Below are positions 1 through 11,146 of a stretch of DNA of 64,000 nucleotides, piece by piece (position 1 is the stretch's first letter; each line of letters opens with the position of its first letter). The notes under the pieces are model-generated. The model ran no database searches and had not been told where the DNA came from. It saw only the letters and a list, made by a program, of their open reading frames with translations. Made by a program: the position numbers and the translations under genes. The stretch comes from an uncultured Hormoscilla sp. (GTDB taxonomy: Bacteria; Cyanobacteriota; Cyanobacteriia; Cyanobacteriales; Desertifilaceae). The stretch spans positions 3,264,001-3,328,000 of the forward strand of contig OZ001293.3 in the NCBI GenBank assembly GCA_963921275.4, in the 5' to 3' direction.

Positions 1-338
1 TACTTCAGTGGAGAAAAAATCTCCTTGGGGAGTAATTTCGATTCCAGAGTGGATTCCGCACTGATTGTTATCAGGGATTTTATCGAGAACGATTCAGGAC
101 TGGCGGTTCCTAGTGATTTTACCGTGATCCAATTCTAGCCCCAACCCAATGGGGATAACCGCTTCAAAACCACTACCGGTCCTGGGCCTAGGCCCAGAAC
201 CGGTAGTCTGGCGGTGCGGTACTTCCCAGAGTCGGATTTTCGGGGTGCATCTATGGGACGTCAAGGACAAGATCGAGTCAATTTTGCAGGAGTTGGGGTC
301 AACCATTGTATCTTATCCTTGACACCCATCGATCCGGA

Positions 339-446
339 CCTTCGATGTGCGACGGGCGCACTACTCGTACTGCCCGGCTGTATCACTTGACAAGCATGAG
401 ATCATATCGTCTGCATGCTTGTCAAGTGATGCAGTTCGCACATTGA
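339..446. repeat. ~100-bp palindromic dispersed element, copy 1
   Basis: Hairpin ATCACTTGACAAGCATG...CATGCTTGTCAAGTGAT. Near-identical inverted copy at 18833-18929. Overlaps the last codons of the WD40 gene. Confidence 0.85.
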
Positions 447-2737
447 TGCCAAATCTTGATCGTCATATCCTGGGCACCACTCACCAAGGTTTGACCATCG
501 GAACTAAAAGCAATTGTTCTGACTCCCCCTGTATGTCCTGATAATGTCTCTACTATTTTCCCTGTCTCTAAATTCCAAATCTTGATCTTCTCGTCGCTAC
601 TGCCACTCGCTAAGAGTTTACCATCCGGACTAATGGCGATCGCATATACTTTCCCTGCATGTCCGCTGAGAGTCTGGACTAATCCACTGGTAGCGGGATT
701 CCAGATTTTAATGGTATTATCGCTACAACCGCCTACTAGCATTTGCCCGTCCGCAGTGATGGCAACGGCGTAAACCGTGACTGCTGGTTCCAAATTACAC
801 AGGGGTTTATCGCTGTTGACATGCCACAGCTGGAGAATGCCCTTTTCCTTCTCGGGATTTCCTCCCCCAACCGCTAGCATCTGTCCGTCGGCACTGAAGG
901 CCAGGGCATAAATCTCCTGTTCCACACAGTAGCTGGTACGTATTAATTCTCCGGTGGCAAAATTCCACAGCTGTACTGAACCATTTAGAGCTACTGGATC
1001 TGCACCCCCACTGGCCATCTTCTGGCCATCGGGACCGATCGCTACTACCGTTGTCCAATCTCCCGTTTCTAAGGTCCCAACCCTTTCTCCTGTTTCTAAA
1101 TTCCAAATCTCTATCTCTCCTGTGGCACCCACTACTGTCTGGCCATCCGGACTGAGGGCGATCGCGCTTACGGATATTTCTGCTGCATCTAGCTTCAGGG
1201 TTTGCTGCAATTGTCCCGTACTGACATCCCAAACCCCGATCGCCTCATAATCACCGCTAACAATTGTCTGGCCATCCGGACTGAGGGCGATACTCCTGAC
1301 TACACTTGCGCTTCCCGTCAGAGTACGGATGCATTTCCACTCCCTATTTTCATCTGAAGATATTGGAGTTGCGAGTGCGACTGCTGGCCCTTCCTCTTCT
1401 CTAATCTCTTCATCATCAAAGAAATCATCATCATCTTCCAATTCTATTTCTGGGGTTGACTTGCTTGGTTTTCTCCTGTCAATCCCCTGGAGCCTATTTT
1501 CCAGCCATTTTTCCGCCTTATTATATAAGCTGCTACTCTCAGGCGTTTTGCTTGCAGGAGTCTTTGCTAGTAAACTTGACAGAGATAACTGCAAGGCATC
1601 ATACTGATTTTTCAAATTCTCCATCTGCGATCGCAGCCATTCCGACTCTTTTGCCCTTTCACTCTCCCCTCGCCCACGGGATTCCCAGGCAGCATACTGA
1701 TTTTTCAACTGGGATATTTCTGCTATGATTGGCTCCAGATTATGGATTTCCCTCGCCTCGCGCTGTTTTAAATCTCGATCAATTTTGTTGACTTTTTTAC
1801 CAAGTTCTGCGATCGCACTCTCAAACCTTTCTGGGGTAACAGCTGATGAGGGGAGGGGCAAATTCTCTAGATGCTGAGTAATATTGACAATGTTCTTCAG
1901 CAGACTGGCCGATTCTACTGACAGCTGGGCGATATTCTCTCCCATCTCATCCAGTTGGCTAGATGTTGTCTGTAAACTCTCGATCTGAAAGTCAGCGAAA
2001 CGAGTTTGCATCTCTTTCTGGAGGGCGGTAATTCTTTCTACAAGCTGACTGAGATCGCTTTCTGTAGAATTGCTGCTGGAACTGGTTACATTCTCTAGCT
2101 GATGCTTGACAGTCTCCAGGGATGACTGTAACCGATTGTATTGCGATCGCAGCTGTTCGTAATCCTTGCGCATCGCCTCCAGATGCATCGATTCTGCGGT
2201 AATCATTTCTGTAATTATCCGGGTTAACCTACTTTCGGCAGAGTCGATCTTTTCAGTTACGGGCAAATTCTCCAGGCGTTGGAGGATATTAGCGAGAGAT
2301 TCCAGCAAGTAGCTAGATTGGTTGCGCAGTTGTCCGATATCTTCTTGAATCTGATTAATATCAATCGCCTCTAACCCATCCATGCGATCTTGCAATCTTT
2401 TTTGGCTAGTGGTGATTTCAGCTGACAGTTCTTCGATCGATTCTTCTATTCTATTAAAAGCTAAATCAGCGGCCATTGCTAAAATTGAGGAGCGGAGAGC
2501 CTCAATATCTTCTGATAGTTGCTGAGTTACCAGAGAAGTTTCAGCTGTATGGCTTTGGTCGTATTGCTGCTCTAACTTTTGCCGATTTAACAGATTCAGC
2601 AATAGTGCGAGAGACACCGGTGCTGCTACATAGGCGACATGTTCTAATATTACAGCTAAACCTGCACCTACAGCTGAGCCAATAATCGATATATATTCAG
2701 CAACTTCTAGCCACTTGCGGTTATTTTCCATTGTCAT
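422..2737 (-). CDS. WD40-repeat protein with N-terminal hydrophobic segment and long coiled-coil region
   Basis: 771-aa ORF. C-terminal WD40 repeats (LSGHAGKVYAIAISPDGKLLASGSSDEKIKIW), heptad-rich middle and an acidic linker. Confidence 0.9.
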   Translation of the reverse strand: MTMENNRKWLEVAEYISIIGSAVGAGLAVILEHVAYVAAPVSLALLLNLLNRQKLEQQYDQSHTAETSLVTQQLSEDIEALRSSILAMAADLAFNRIEESIEELSAEITTSQKRLQDRMDGLEAIDINQIQEDIGQLRNQSSYLLESLANILQRLENLPVTEKIDSAESRLTRIITEMITAESMHLEAMRKDYEQLRSQYNRLQSSLETVKHQLENVTSSSSNSTESDLSQLVERITALQKEMQTRFADFQIESLQTTSSQLDEMGENIAQLSVESASLLKNIVNITQHLENLPLPSSAVTPERFESAIAELGKKVNKIDRDLKQREAREIHNLEPIIAEISQLKNQYAAWESRGRGESERAKESEWLRSQMENLKNQYDALQLSLSSLLAKTPASKTPESSSLYNKAEKWLENRLQGIDRRKPSKSTPEIELEDDDDFFDDEEIREEEGPAVALATPISSDENREWKCIRTLTGSASVVRSIALSPDGQTIVSGDYEAIGVWDVSTGQLQQTLKLDAAEISVSAIALSPDGQTVVGATGEIEIWNLETGERVGTLETGDWTTVVAIGPDGQKMASGGADPVALNGSVQLWNFATGELIRTSYCVEQEIYALAFSADGQMLAVGGGNPEKEKGILQLWHVNSDKPLCNLEPAVTVYAVAITADGQMLVGGCSDNTIKIWNPATSGLVQTLSGHAGKVYAIAISPDGKLLASGSSDEKIKIWNLETGKIVETLSGHTGGVRTIAFSSDGQTLVSGAQDMTIKIWHQCANCIT

Positions 2738-2752
2738 TGTTATTTGTTAGTT

Positions 2753-2836
2753 GCGTAGGACGGGCGTCTCGCCTGTCCGATCGCGGCAGCGCCGCGCCAG
2801 CCGTAGGTTGCGTAAGACGGGCGTCTCGCCTGACCA
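2753..2836. repeat. REP-like GTAG palindromes (two copies)
   Basis: GTAGGACGGGCGTCTCGCCTGTCC and GTAAGACGGGCGTCTCGCCTGACC between genes. Confidence 0.55.
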
Positions 2837-2839
2837 CTT

Positions 2840-4252
2840 TTACATTGCCAAAATCAGCCGTGCAATATTAAAATAAATTAGCACCCCCAACACATCAACG
2901 GCTGTCGTAATAAACGGTGCTGACATCAGCGCCGGATCTAACCTCAGGTAACGAAACAAAAAGGGCAGACTGGAACCGGCAACAGACGCCAGTAGGGAAA
3001 TTGCCATCAGAGAACTTCCTACCGCGAGGGCAACAGAGAGATTCCCATCCAGCCAATAGGCCCAGATTGTCACGAGTGTACCTAGTGTAGCGCCAAGTAA
3101 GGCTCCCGCGATCGCCTCTCGCCCAATCACCTGGACTACGCCCAGGGAGCGAATCTCATCGGTATTCAACCCGCGAATTACCACCGTCGAGGACTGAGCG
3201 CCCACATTTCCACCCGTGCCAGTCAGCAAGGGGATAAAGGCCGCCAACACTGCCAAGCGAGTCAGCAGATCCTCTTGGGACTTGATAATTGAGCCAGTCA
3301 CTGTATTGGTCAGCAGCAAAATCAACAGCCACATCACCCGTCGGCGGGCTACCGTGAGTAAATTTGTCTGAAAATAGTTATCACCGTCCGACTGCACCCC
3401 GCTGAGAGCATAAATATCTTCGGTAGCTTCCTGTTCGATAATGTCAATCACGTCATCGACGGTGATAATCCCTACCAGACGCTGTTCTCTGTCGGTGACT
3501 GGCACTGCCAGAAAATCATAGCGCTGAATCAGTCGCGCCACTTCTTCCTGGTCCGTGTCAGTATGGACAAATACCGGGTCGCGGGTCATGATCTCGCCAA
3601 TTCGACTCTCGGGCCCTGAAGTGACTAAATCCCGCAAAGACAGAGTCCCCGTCAGGCGTCGCGCCGTGTCGGTGATGTAGAGGTAATAGATGGTTTCGCT
3701 GACGTGGGATAAACTGCGAATGCGATCTAGGGTTTCGCTGACGGTAAAGTTTTCTTTGAGCGAGATATACTCTGGAGTCATAATCCGTCCAGCCGTATCC
3801 GATTCGTATCCCAACAGCAGGTTGGTCGCTTGGCGTTCTTGTGGACTCAGTTGGGCCAGTAAACGCTTAACGACTTTGGCGGGTAACTCGTCAAATAGCC
3901 GCGCCCGGTCATCTGGCGACATTTTCTCGACAATATCGATCACTTCCTGACGCTGAAATTTTTCCAGCAGGGTCTGCTGGACTGTCGAGTCGAGATTTTC
4001 ATATACTTCGATCGCCTCTGCTTTCGAGAGCAAGCGGAAGGCGATCGCTTGCTGGGTTTCGGGCAATCCTTCGATCATCTCGGCAATATCAGCCGGTTGC
4101 ACTGGTTTGAGGATCGCCTTAGCGCCCTGGAAGTCTGCGACTTCCAGCAGCGCTTGCAACTGCGATCGGACTAACTCGCACAGTTCGTGGCGCGAGATCG
4201 TCTGGAGGGAAGAAGTAGTGTTCTGTGTCAAGTTAAACCCTCCTAGTTCCAT
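2840..4252 (-). CDS. mgtE: Magnesium transporter MgtE
   Basis: 470 aa. N-domain, CBS pair (TAGRIMTPEY...GIITVDDV) and transmembrane motifs GGNVGAQ and DPALMSAPFITTAVD. Confidence 0.95.
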   Translation of the reverse strand: MELGGFNLTQNTTSSLQTISRHELCELVRSQLQALLEVADFQGAKAILKPVQPADIAEMIEGLPETQQAIAFRLLSKAEAIEVYENLDSTVQQTLLEKFQRQEVIDIVEKMSPDDRARLFDELPAKVVKRLLAQLSPQERQATNLLLGYESDTAGRIMTPEYISLKENFTVSETLDRIRSLSHVSETIYYLYITDTARRLTGTLSLRDLVTSGPESRIGEIMTRDPVFVHTDTDQEEVARLIQRYDFLAVPVTDREQRLVGIITVDDVIDIIEQEATEDIYALSGVQSDGDNYFQTNLLTVARRRVMWLLILLLTNTVTGSIIKSQEDLLTRLAVLAAFIPLLTGTGGNVGAQSSTVVIRGLNTDEIRSLGVVQVIGREAIAGALLGATLGTLVTIWAYWLDGNLSVALAVGSSLMAISLLASVAGSSLPFLFRYLRLDPALMSAPFITTAVDVLGVLIYFNIARLILAM

Positions 4253-4423
4253 CTATATTATCTGCTGCCCTTTAGTCTAAGATGTCGATCGCCGCTACGC
4301 AACGTTTGCAGTTAGACACACTTGACGGCTTATCCCGTTTGTAGTAAGCGCAAAGAGCGCTTATCTTTGGGTAACTTGCCTAGTTGCCGATCGCGTAGCG
4401 TGCGCGCAGCGCAATCATTATTT

Positions 4424-5047
4424 TTACCAAACTGTATCTAATCTAAAATTCCGGGTATTTTTCAAGAGCAAGTTTTTCTCTTCTTTGATTAAATCCCCAT
4501 TACATCTGACTGGCAGACGCTCCTGGTAAGCTTTCCTCGCTATCTTATAGTCTGAAGAGGTTAGGTAAATCTCGATCTGACGTAGCTTACTAATAACAAC
4601 TCCGATTATCGTAACTATCCCGGTTGCTTCTCTCACTTCTATCACCATTCCTTGAATCTCGATATCGATCGCCTTGGTGAGCAAATCACTTAAAATCTCT
4701 AGCTGCGGCTGCGCTAATTCGCTTTTCTACTTTTTCCAGGGTGGCGATCGCCTCTTGGATACGCGCTGCATAATCTGCCAAATCTAATTGCGGTGTCTGG
4801 AGCGTGCCGATGGCGCTACGCATGGCTGCTGCCACGCTGCGCGATGTGGGGCACTGTTTGCAGCCTGGTCCTTCAGGACAAGAGCCCGGTGTCTGGAGCG
4901 TACCGATCGCGTAGCGTGCGCGCAGCGCATGTCCTTCAGGACAAGAGTACGCTCCAGACACCGGAGCGGAAGATGCCGGACGAGGCAGCAGAATTTCCCA
5001 CGAGTTTTCCGCTCCCGTGTCGATTCTCTAAATCGCTCCCTTATCAT
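4424..5047 (-). pseudogene. Fragmented hypothetical protein disrupted by small repeat insertions
   Basis: Short pieces in several frames. 4795-4965 is made of inserted hairpin repeats (GTCCTTCAGGACAAGAG x2, GATCGCGTAGCGTGCGCGCAGCGC). Confidence 0.55.
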
Positions 5048-5053
5048 TATATA

Positions 5054-5217
5054 ACCTAAGTTGCTACCTATAGAACCTCAACTCCTTGCAAAGCGCCAAA
5101 ATCAGCCAAAATCAGCCAAAATTACCTTGTGATTTACCCCAAAACAGCATTTTGGCGAATAAATTTACCAAAATGGCTGTCTGGGAGGTCGCAATTTTTA
5201 TAGGTAGCAACTTGAGT
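5054..5217. mobile_element. MITE with IS982-type ends
   Basis: TIRs ACCTAAGTTGCTACCTATA / TATAGGTAGCAACTTGAGT with a 6-bp direct repeat TATATA on both sides. TIRs are nearly identical to those of the IS at 48144 and 56738. Confidence 0.85.
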
Positions 5218-5479
5218 TATATACTCTGCCCTTTTCCTGCCAACCTTGTGCAAGCAAATGTGCAGCTATTTCCTGGAAGTCTATGGCCTTAAGAACTTCG
5301 CTATCTCTAACTATCACTTTCATGGGTTACCTCCTTGGCTAATGTACTCTATCATTTCATTAACTGATTCTACTGTAAACTGATTACTGCGGGGTAAAAC
5401 AACTGTCACAGTTTGTTTATTTTCCGTACCTGGTCGATCCCGTAGCGATATCCGGTGCTAAGACCAACTATAAGCCTGC

Positions 5480-6011
5480 TGTTGTCAAAGTTTCTTACCT
5501 CAACCTCAACCTCAACCTCGACCTCGACCTCGACTTCAACCTCAACCTCAACCTCGACCTCAAGCTCTACCTCGACATCGACTTCTACCTAAAACAGCAG
5601 TTTCCCGATCGCGAAGACCGTAACAACCGAGACACCAAATATAAATCGGAAGAAGTGCTACGTCAACTAGAACAGCAGCTTCCCGATCGCGAAGACCGTA
5701 ACAACAACTGGTGGCGAGAAAATGGTTCTGCATGGATTGAGCAATTAAGAGCTATAATGATTAAATACTGCGGTCATGACTGGCAGCTTAACGATAAGCA
5801 GAAAGAATCACTGAATAAGTATCACTATGCCAATAAGTTGCTGCTAGATTGCCTCAATAGCGATTCGGATTTCAGTAGAGAGATTGAAGATACTTTGTTT
5901 CTGCCTATTTCTGATATTCGGGAACGGCAGAGACTGCCCATCACAGAGCGATCGCCCATTCTAAAGATTCTGTGGCGAGGACTGATAAGCAGCATTAGCA
6001 AAAATAATTAA
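5480..6011 (+). pseudogene. C-terminal remnant of a NACHT-type NTPase
   Basis: WWRENGSAWIEQLRAIMIK...GHDWQL...YHYANKLLLDCLNSD...EIEDTLFLP resembles cyanobacterial NACHT C-termini. No N-terminal NTPase domain is present. Local duplication of AACAGCAG..CCCGATCGCGAAGACCGTAACAAC. Confidence 0.65.
5495..5590 (+). repeat. Hexamer tandem repeat (CTCRAC)n
   Basis: Run of ctcaac/ctcgac units, of the kind that encodes LDLDLNL tracts in NACHT-type proteins. Confidence 0.75.
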
Positions 6012-6128
6012 TCTAGCATCATTTTAGTATAATCAACAGCTAAAATAACAATATTTTTAGTCGATTTTAACCGACTTGAGCTATTAGCAGGGGGTTTGAA
6101 CCCCCTGCGGGGTAACTAGTAAGAGGAA

Positions 6129-7442
6129 ATGAGTTTAACTACGATCAATGCCTTGAGTTTATTTTCTGGCTGTGGCGGGTGCAGTCTCGGTCTCAAGCAA
6201 GCCGGATTTGCTGTTAAACTGGCAGTGGATATTGATGCCGACTCTTGCGAAACTTATGCTGTTAATCTGGGACGGGAAACTCTCTGGCCCGTCGATCGCG
6301 TAGCGTGCGCGCAGCGCATTCTTTCTCACGTTCAGCCAGCAGAATTGTTAGGCCGATCGGGCCTGGACCCCACCGTTCCGGAAAAATCGGAACTAGATAT
6401 AATAGTAGGCGGACCTCCTTGTCAAGGATTTAGTTCAGCCGGGAGCAAAGATTGGGCAGACCCCAGAAATATATTATTGAAAAAGTTCGTGAAAATTGTC
6501 ACCAGTTTGCAGCCCACATGGTTTATCATAGAAAATGTCGAGGGTTTGCTCACCGCTAAAGAGGGCTTCTTTACGATCGAGGCGATCGCCAGATTCCTAG
6601 AGGCAGGTTATTGGGTGAAAGCGAAAAAAGTCTACATGGAACAGTACGGCTTACCGCAAAAGCGCAAGCGGGTATTTGTGGTCGGCAACTTGGAACAATG
6701 TCAGTTTGAATTTCCCCCAATAACCTACTACAACTCAAATCAACTGTCACTGTTCGATTTTTCGCGCAGCGATCTGCACCCTCAGCTATCCATCCTCGAC
6801 GCCATTGGGGACTTGCCAGCAGCTTCCGAATCGGGTATAGTAGTTTATGATCGATCGGGCTACGGTCCACTTCGCCGCCAAGACGGTAAACCAGTGCTGC
6901 ACCATCAACTCAAACAAGTGAATAGTCTCACCCAAGAGAGAATTAATTTGCTCGCCCCCGGTGCCACCATGAAAGATTTGCCAAAACATCTGCAACATGC
7001 CAGTTTTAACAGACGTGCTACCAGAAGAGTTATGGATGGCACCCCCACGGAAAAGCGCGGGGGCGCACCGAATGGCTTAAAGCGCTTATTGGCAAAGGAA
7101 CCCTCCCTCACTATCACCTCTGCTTCTCCTAGGGAATTTGTCCACCCGATCGAGAATCGACTGCTAACATTGAGAGAATGCGCCCGCCTTCAATCTTTTC
7201 CCGACTGGTACGAATTTCAGGGATCCTGGAGTTCAATTGCCACTCAAATAGGCAATGCAATTCCCCCAATGTTTATGAACTTACTAGCTACATATATTGG
7301 GGCGATCGCCACTTGGGAGGCAAAGAGAAATTCCCCAGGACGTTGGTTAGGAATTGATGCCACCAAATCTCGCAGCAAGAGTCCCAAATTAGCTAAAATG
7401 CTGGCCGAACTAGATCGCAAAACCTACAACTATGTTAGATAA
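6129..7442 (+). CDS. DNA (cytosine-5) methyltransferase
   Basis: Motifs LFSGCGG, GGPPCQGFS, ENVEG, QKRKR, RLQSFP and GNAIPP. Carries two small in-frame insertions. Confidence 0.92.
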   Translation: MSLTTINALSLFSGCGGCSLGLKQAGFAVKLAVDIDADSCETYAVNLGRETLWPVDRVACAQRILSHVQPAELLGRSGLDPTVPEKSELDIIVGGPPCQGFSSAGSKDWADPRNILLKKFVKIVTSLQPTWFIIENVEGLLTAKEGFFTIEAIARFLEAGYWVKAKKVYMEQYGLPQKRKRVFVVGNLEQCQFEFPPITYYNSNQLSLFDFSRSDLHPQLSILDAIGDLPAASESGIVVYDRSGYGPLRRQDGKPVLHHQLKQVNSLTQERINLLAPGATMKDLPKHLQHASFNRRATRRVMDGTPTEKRGGAPNGLKRLLAKEPSLTITSASPREFVHPIENRLLTLRECARLQSFPDWYEFQGSWSSIATQIGNAIPPMFMNLLATYIGAIATWEAKRNSPGRWLGIDATKSRSKSPKLAKMLAELDRKTYNYVR

Positions 7443-8404
7443 AGAAACTCGTCAGTTAATTAACAAAGCCCGAACTCTAGGCGGCACGGGACTTTCTGTA
7501 TTTCTTGAAGATGACGAACTTTTACGAATCTGTGCCGTTGCTGCTATAGATTTAGACCGACAGCAGTTAGTCAACAATATTACGATGAGTGCAAATCTAG
7601 CAAATGGTTACTACGGGACACCTCTAGAATGGTTCGGGCAGCCAGTTTCCCCAAAAGTCAACTTCGAGGAGACATTTTTAATTCTCAAGCAGGCTATAGA
7701 AGACTTTCCGACCTACTTCAAGGTATTATGCGAACTGCATAAGTGTCGCTGAAATTATAACTAATATTGAAATATCAATCCATTCCGGAAATGGAACAGA
7801 TTGTCCCTCGCCGTTTGCTAGAATTCGGGTTGCGCCCTTCTGAAACACTGGCCTCTTGGTTAGTATGGGGAAAATGGCTTTATGACATCGATGATGGGTC
7901 TGCTCAAGAATCTGGTTACCTGCTTGAACCTATCTTGGCAGCGGCGATCGGTGGCGTTCCCTTTGCTGCTGCCAAGTCTCCCGTAATGCGGACAATTAAT
8001 CTACAAAAAGGACGGCAAGTAGACTGCCTTGATGGTAAACTAGCTTATGAGTTTAAGATGCGGGTTACGTCGCCGCTAGTGATCAGGGGAGATTCCAGGA
8101 GGAACTTGATTTCGCCCGTGATTGGTACGAGTCAGGTTATTCTCCCGTTCTGCTTGTTTTAGACTCTACGCCATCTTCCCGATTGGATGATATAATGGCA
8201 GGGTATTCCCGATATGGTGGTGGCGCTTACATGGGAAATGATGCCTGGAATCACATTAATGATCGTGCTGGAAAGGTGATGGGTAAGTTCGTTCAGAAAT
8301 ATGTGAGAACTCCTCTTCTTGAAGTGGACAGCACCTATACAAGTCTGCAAACGATTAGCCTGGTTAACTTGGGGACAACAATTAGAGTTCAGATGGGCGA
8401 TTGA
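7432..8404 (+). pseudogene. Putative cognate restriction endonuclease, inactivated
   Basis: Overlaps the MTase stop. Broken into three pieces by stops (~7750-7760) and a frameshift (~8070). VDCLDGKLAYEFK fits a PD-(D/E)XK core. Confidence 0.6.
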
Positions 8405-8616
8405 TGCTTCGACATATCCCGGGATCTACCCTCGATGTGCGATGCGCATCGGGAGTAATAACCGGTGGACAAAGGGCCATAGGACCGGTTTGTCGGGGCG
8501 GGGGCCCTACCGACTCCCAGGACCTTTTTATCCTGCCGCCTGGACGGGCTTCAGCTATATATAATGAAAGGCTGTCAATGAACTATAGCAAACGTAACAT
8601 ACGAGCGAAAACCACC

Positions 8617-10419
8617 ATGCGAACTCATTACTGCGGCGAACTGCGCGCAAACCACGTTGGCGAAACTGTCACCCTCTGCGGTTGGGTGGACCGTCGCCGC
8701 GATCATGGTGGCGTGATTTTTCTCGATCTGCGCGATCGCTCCGGTGTTGTCCAAATTGTCAGCGATCCGGAACGGACGCCGGACTCCTACCTCTTGGCAG
8801 ATCGCCTGCGCAGCGAATATGTCGTGCAGATCTCGGGTCGGGTAACCCACCGTCCCGAGGAGTCTCTCAACCCCAAACTGCCTACCGGGGAAGTGGAAAT
8901 CTATGCCGACCGGATCGAACTGCTGAATGGGGTTAACAAGCAGATGCCTTTTCAAGTGGCCGCTGCGGAGGCGGAGTCCGTGCGAGAAGACCTGCGCTTG
9001 AAATATCGGTATTTGGACTTGCGGCGCGATCGCATGACGCGGAATCTCCAGTTGCGCCACGCCGTAGTCAAAGCGATCCGCCGCTACCTGGAAGACGAAC
9101 AAAATTTCATAGAAATCGAAACCCCGATCCTGACCAAGTCTACCCCAGAAGGGGCGCGGGACTATCTGGTCCCCAGTCGCGTTAATCCCAGCGAGTGGTA
9201 TGCTTTGCCCCAATCACCCCAGATATTCAAGCAGTTGCTAATGGTATCGGGGTTCGATCGCTATTACCAGATCGCCCGTTGCTTCCGGGATGAAGACTTG
9301 CGGGCCGACAGACAACCGGAGTTCACCCAGTTGGATATGGAAATGAGCTTTATGTCCCAAGAAGATATCCTCCAGTTGAATGAAGGGTTAGTCTGTCATA
9401 TCTTCAAGACCATTAAAGGGATAGAATTACCCCGTCCTTTCCCCCGCATGACCTATGCGGAAGCAATGGCCCGTTACGGATCCGATAAGCCCGATACTCG
9501 CTTTGGTTTGGAACTGGCCGACGTCTCTGACGCGGTCAAAGATTGCGGGTTTAAGGTCTTTTCAGGGGCGATCGCCTCCAGTGGGATAGTAAAAATCCTG
9601 CCCATTCCCGGCGGGGACAAAGCTATCTCCAACGTGCGGATCAAACCCGGTGGGGACTTGTTCAAGGAAGCTAGCGAAGCAGGTGCCAAAGGTTTAGCCT
9701 ACATCCGGGTGCGGGAAGGGGGCAAGCTGGACACCATTGGCGCCATTAAAGATAATCTCAGCTCCGAACAAAAAGAGGAAATTGTCAAGCGATCAGGGGC
9801 AGAACCAGGACATTTGCTATTATTTGCCGCCGATGCCGCCGATGTGGTCAACAAAACTCTGGATCGACTGCGGTTGGCGATCAGCAAAGAATTAGGGTTA
9901 ATAGATGAAAGCAAGATAGACCTGCTGTGGGTAACGGAATTCCCGATGTTTGAATGGAATGCCGACGAGAAGCGGTTAGAAGCATTACATCACCCCTTTA
10001 CGGCCCCCCATCCCGATTTTTCCGGAACGGTGGACCTAGAGGACTTGAAAACAGCCAGAGCCTGCGCCTACGATTTAGTGTATAATGGCATGGAGATAGG
10101 CGGCGGCAGTTTGCGGATATACCAGCGGGAAATCCAGGAAAGAGTCTTTGACGCGATCGGCTTATCCACGGAAGAAGCCTATAGCAAATTCGGCTTTTTG
10201 CTAGAAGCCTTTGAATATGGGACGCCGCCCCACGGAGGGATAGCCTACGGTTTAGACCGGATGGTAATGTTATTAGCAGGAGAAGAGTCAATTCGGGATG
10301 TAATTGCTTTTCCCAAAACCCAGCAGGCGCGGTGTTTGTTAACAGACGCCCCGGCGGGAGTGGATAAGAAACAATTGAAAGAATTGCACGTAGCTTCTAC
10401 TTATAAACCCAAGAGTTAG
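8617..10419 (+). CDS. aspS: Aspartate--tRNA ligase
   Basis: MRTHYCG start, [48 protein letters not shown]. Confidence 0.97.
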   Translation: MRTHYCGELRANHVGETVTLCGWVDRRRDHGGVIFLDLRDRSGVVQIVSDPERTPDSYLLADRLRSEYVVQISGRVTHRPEESLNPKLPTGEVEIYADRIELLNGVNKQMPFQVAAAEAESVREDLRLKYRYLDLRRDRMTRNLQLRHAVVKAIRRYLEDEQNFIEIETPILTKSTPEGARDYLVPSRVNPSEWYALPQSPQIFKQLLMVSGFDRYYQIARCFRDEDLRADRQPEFTQLDMEMSFMSQEDILQLNEGLVCHIFKTIKGIELPRPFPRMTYAEAMARYGSDKPDTRFGLELADVSDAVKDCGFKVFSGAIASSGIVKILPIPGGDKAISNVRIKPGGDLFKEASEAGAKGLAYIRVREGGKLDTIGAIKDNLSSEQKEEIVKRSGAEPGHLLLFAADAADVVNKTLDRLRLAISKELGLIDESKIDLLWVTEFPMFEWNADEKRLEALHHPFTAPHPDFSGTVDLEDLKTARACAYDLVYNGMEIGGGSLRIYQREIQERVFDAIGLSTEEAYSKFGFLLEAFEYGTPPHGGIAYGLDRMVMLLAGEESIRDVIAFPKTQQARCLLTDAPAGVDKKQLKELHVASTYKPKS

Positions 10420-10422
10420 TCA

Positions 10423-11146
10423 ATGACAAATCTGGATAATTTGACTATCCATAGTTTCCGGAGACTGCAAGAGATCGACTTGCAGTCCTTGGGGCAAATA
10501 AACCTGTTTGTTGGAGTCAACAACTCCGGCAAAAGCAGCGTAGGCGATATCAACATACTGTCGTCCCTTAGACTCCCTAGCATGGCTAAATACCGCATCG
10601 AGAAATTAAGTCATCTCGCAAACCCCAGTTGGAAGCCCTCAAGTGGCTGTTTCCCCAGAATAGCACAGTCGGGGAATTCTATCAGGGAGAAATCCAGATC
10701 TCAGGGGATGGTAAATTTAGGGTAAGGGAGTTGATGATTTAGAAACAGCCATTCATACCTGAGTACTTAAACCTGCATTATCGTGGCTAGTTCAAGCCTG
10801 TCAGCAGATGGACGTACAGCTATTTGCAACAACTCACAGTTTGGAAACCGTAGACGAACTATTGGACGCTTCTGAAGCAATAGCAGATTTAGTTCTCTAT
10901 CGGTTATATCCAGGGCAAGCGCAAGAAAAATTTTGCATGTGGTATGGACCCACGAAAATTGCGAGTGGACTGTGCCCTATTCGCACTTCTTGAAGGCAAT
11001 CATTCTCATGATAGTTGATAATAGATGCCCCAAGCATGATTCTGGCGCTTACCCTGCGGTTATATTCACGGGAGTCGCGGACGAAATTGATCCGAAACGA
11101 TTGGAAACGGCTGTGGGAAGATGTAGGTATGGAGGTGCGCTGGTGA
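10423..11146 (+). pseudogene. ABC/AAA ATPase, unit 1 (deleted and frameshifted)
   Basis: Retains GVNNSGKS, QLFATTHS and the MEVRW end. The middle is deleted relative to 11294-12454. Confidence 0.85.

Noticed and set aside
94..306. 70-aa ORF at the window start
   Set aside because: No recognisable motif. It cannot be distinguished from a pseudogene fragment or a chance ORF.
8401..8616. N-terminal extension of AspS in the ORF track
   Set aside because: The conserved start is MRTHYCG at 8617. The upstream part is an open intergenic frame.
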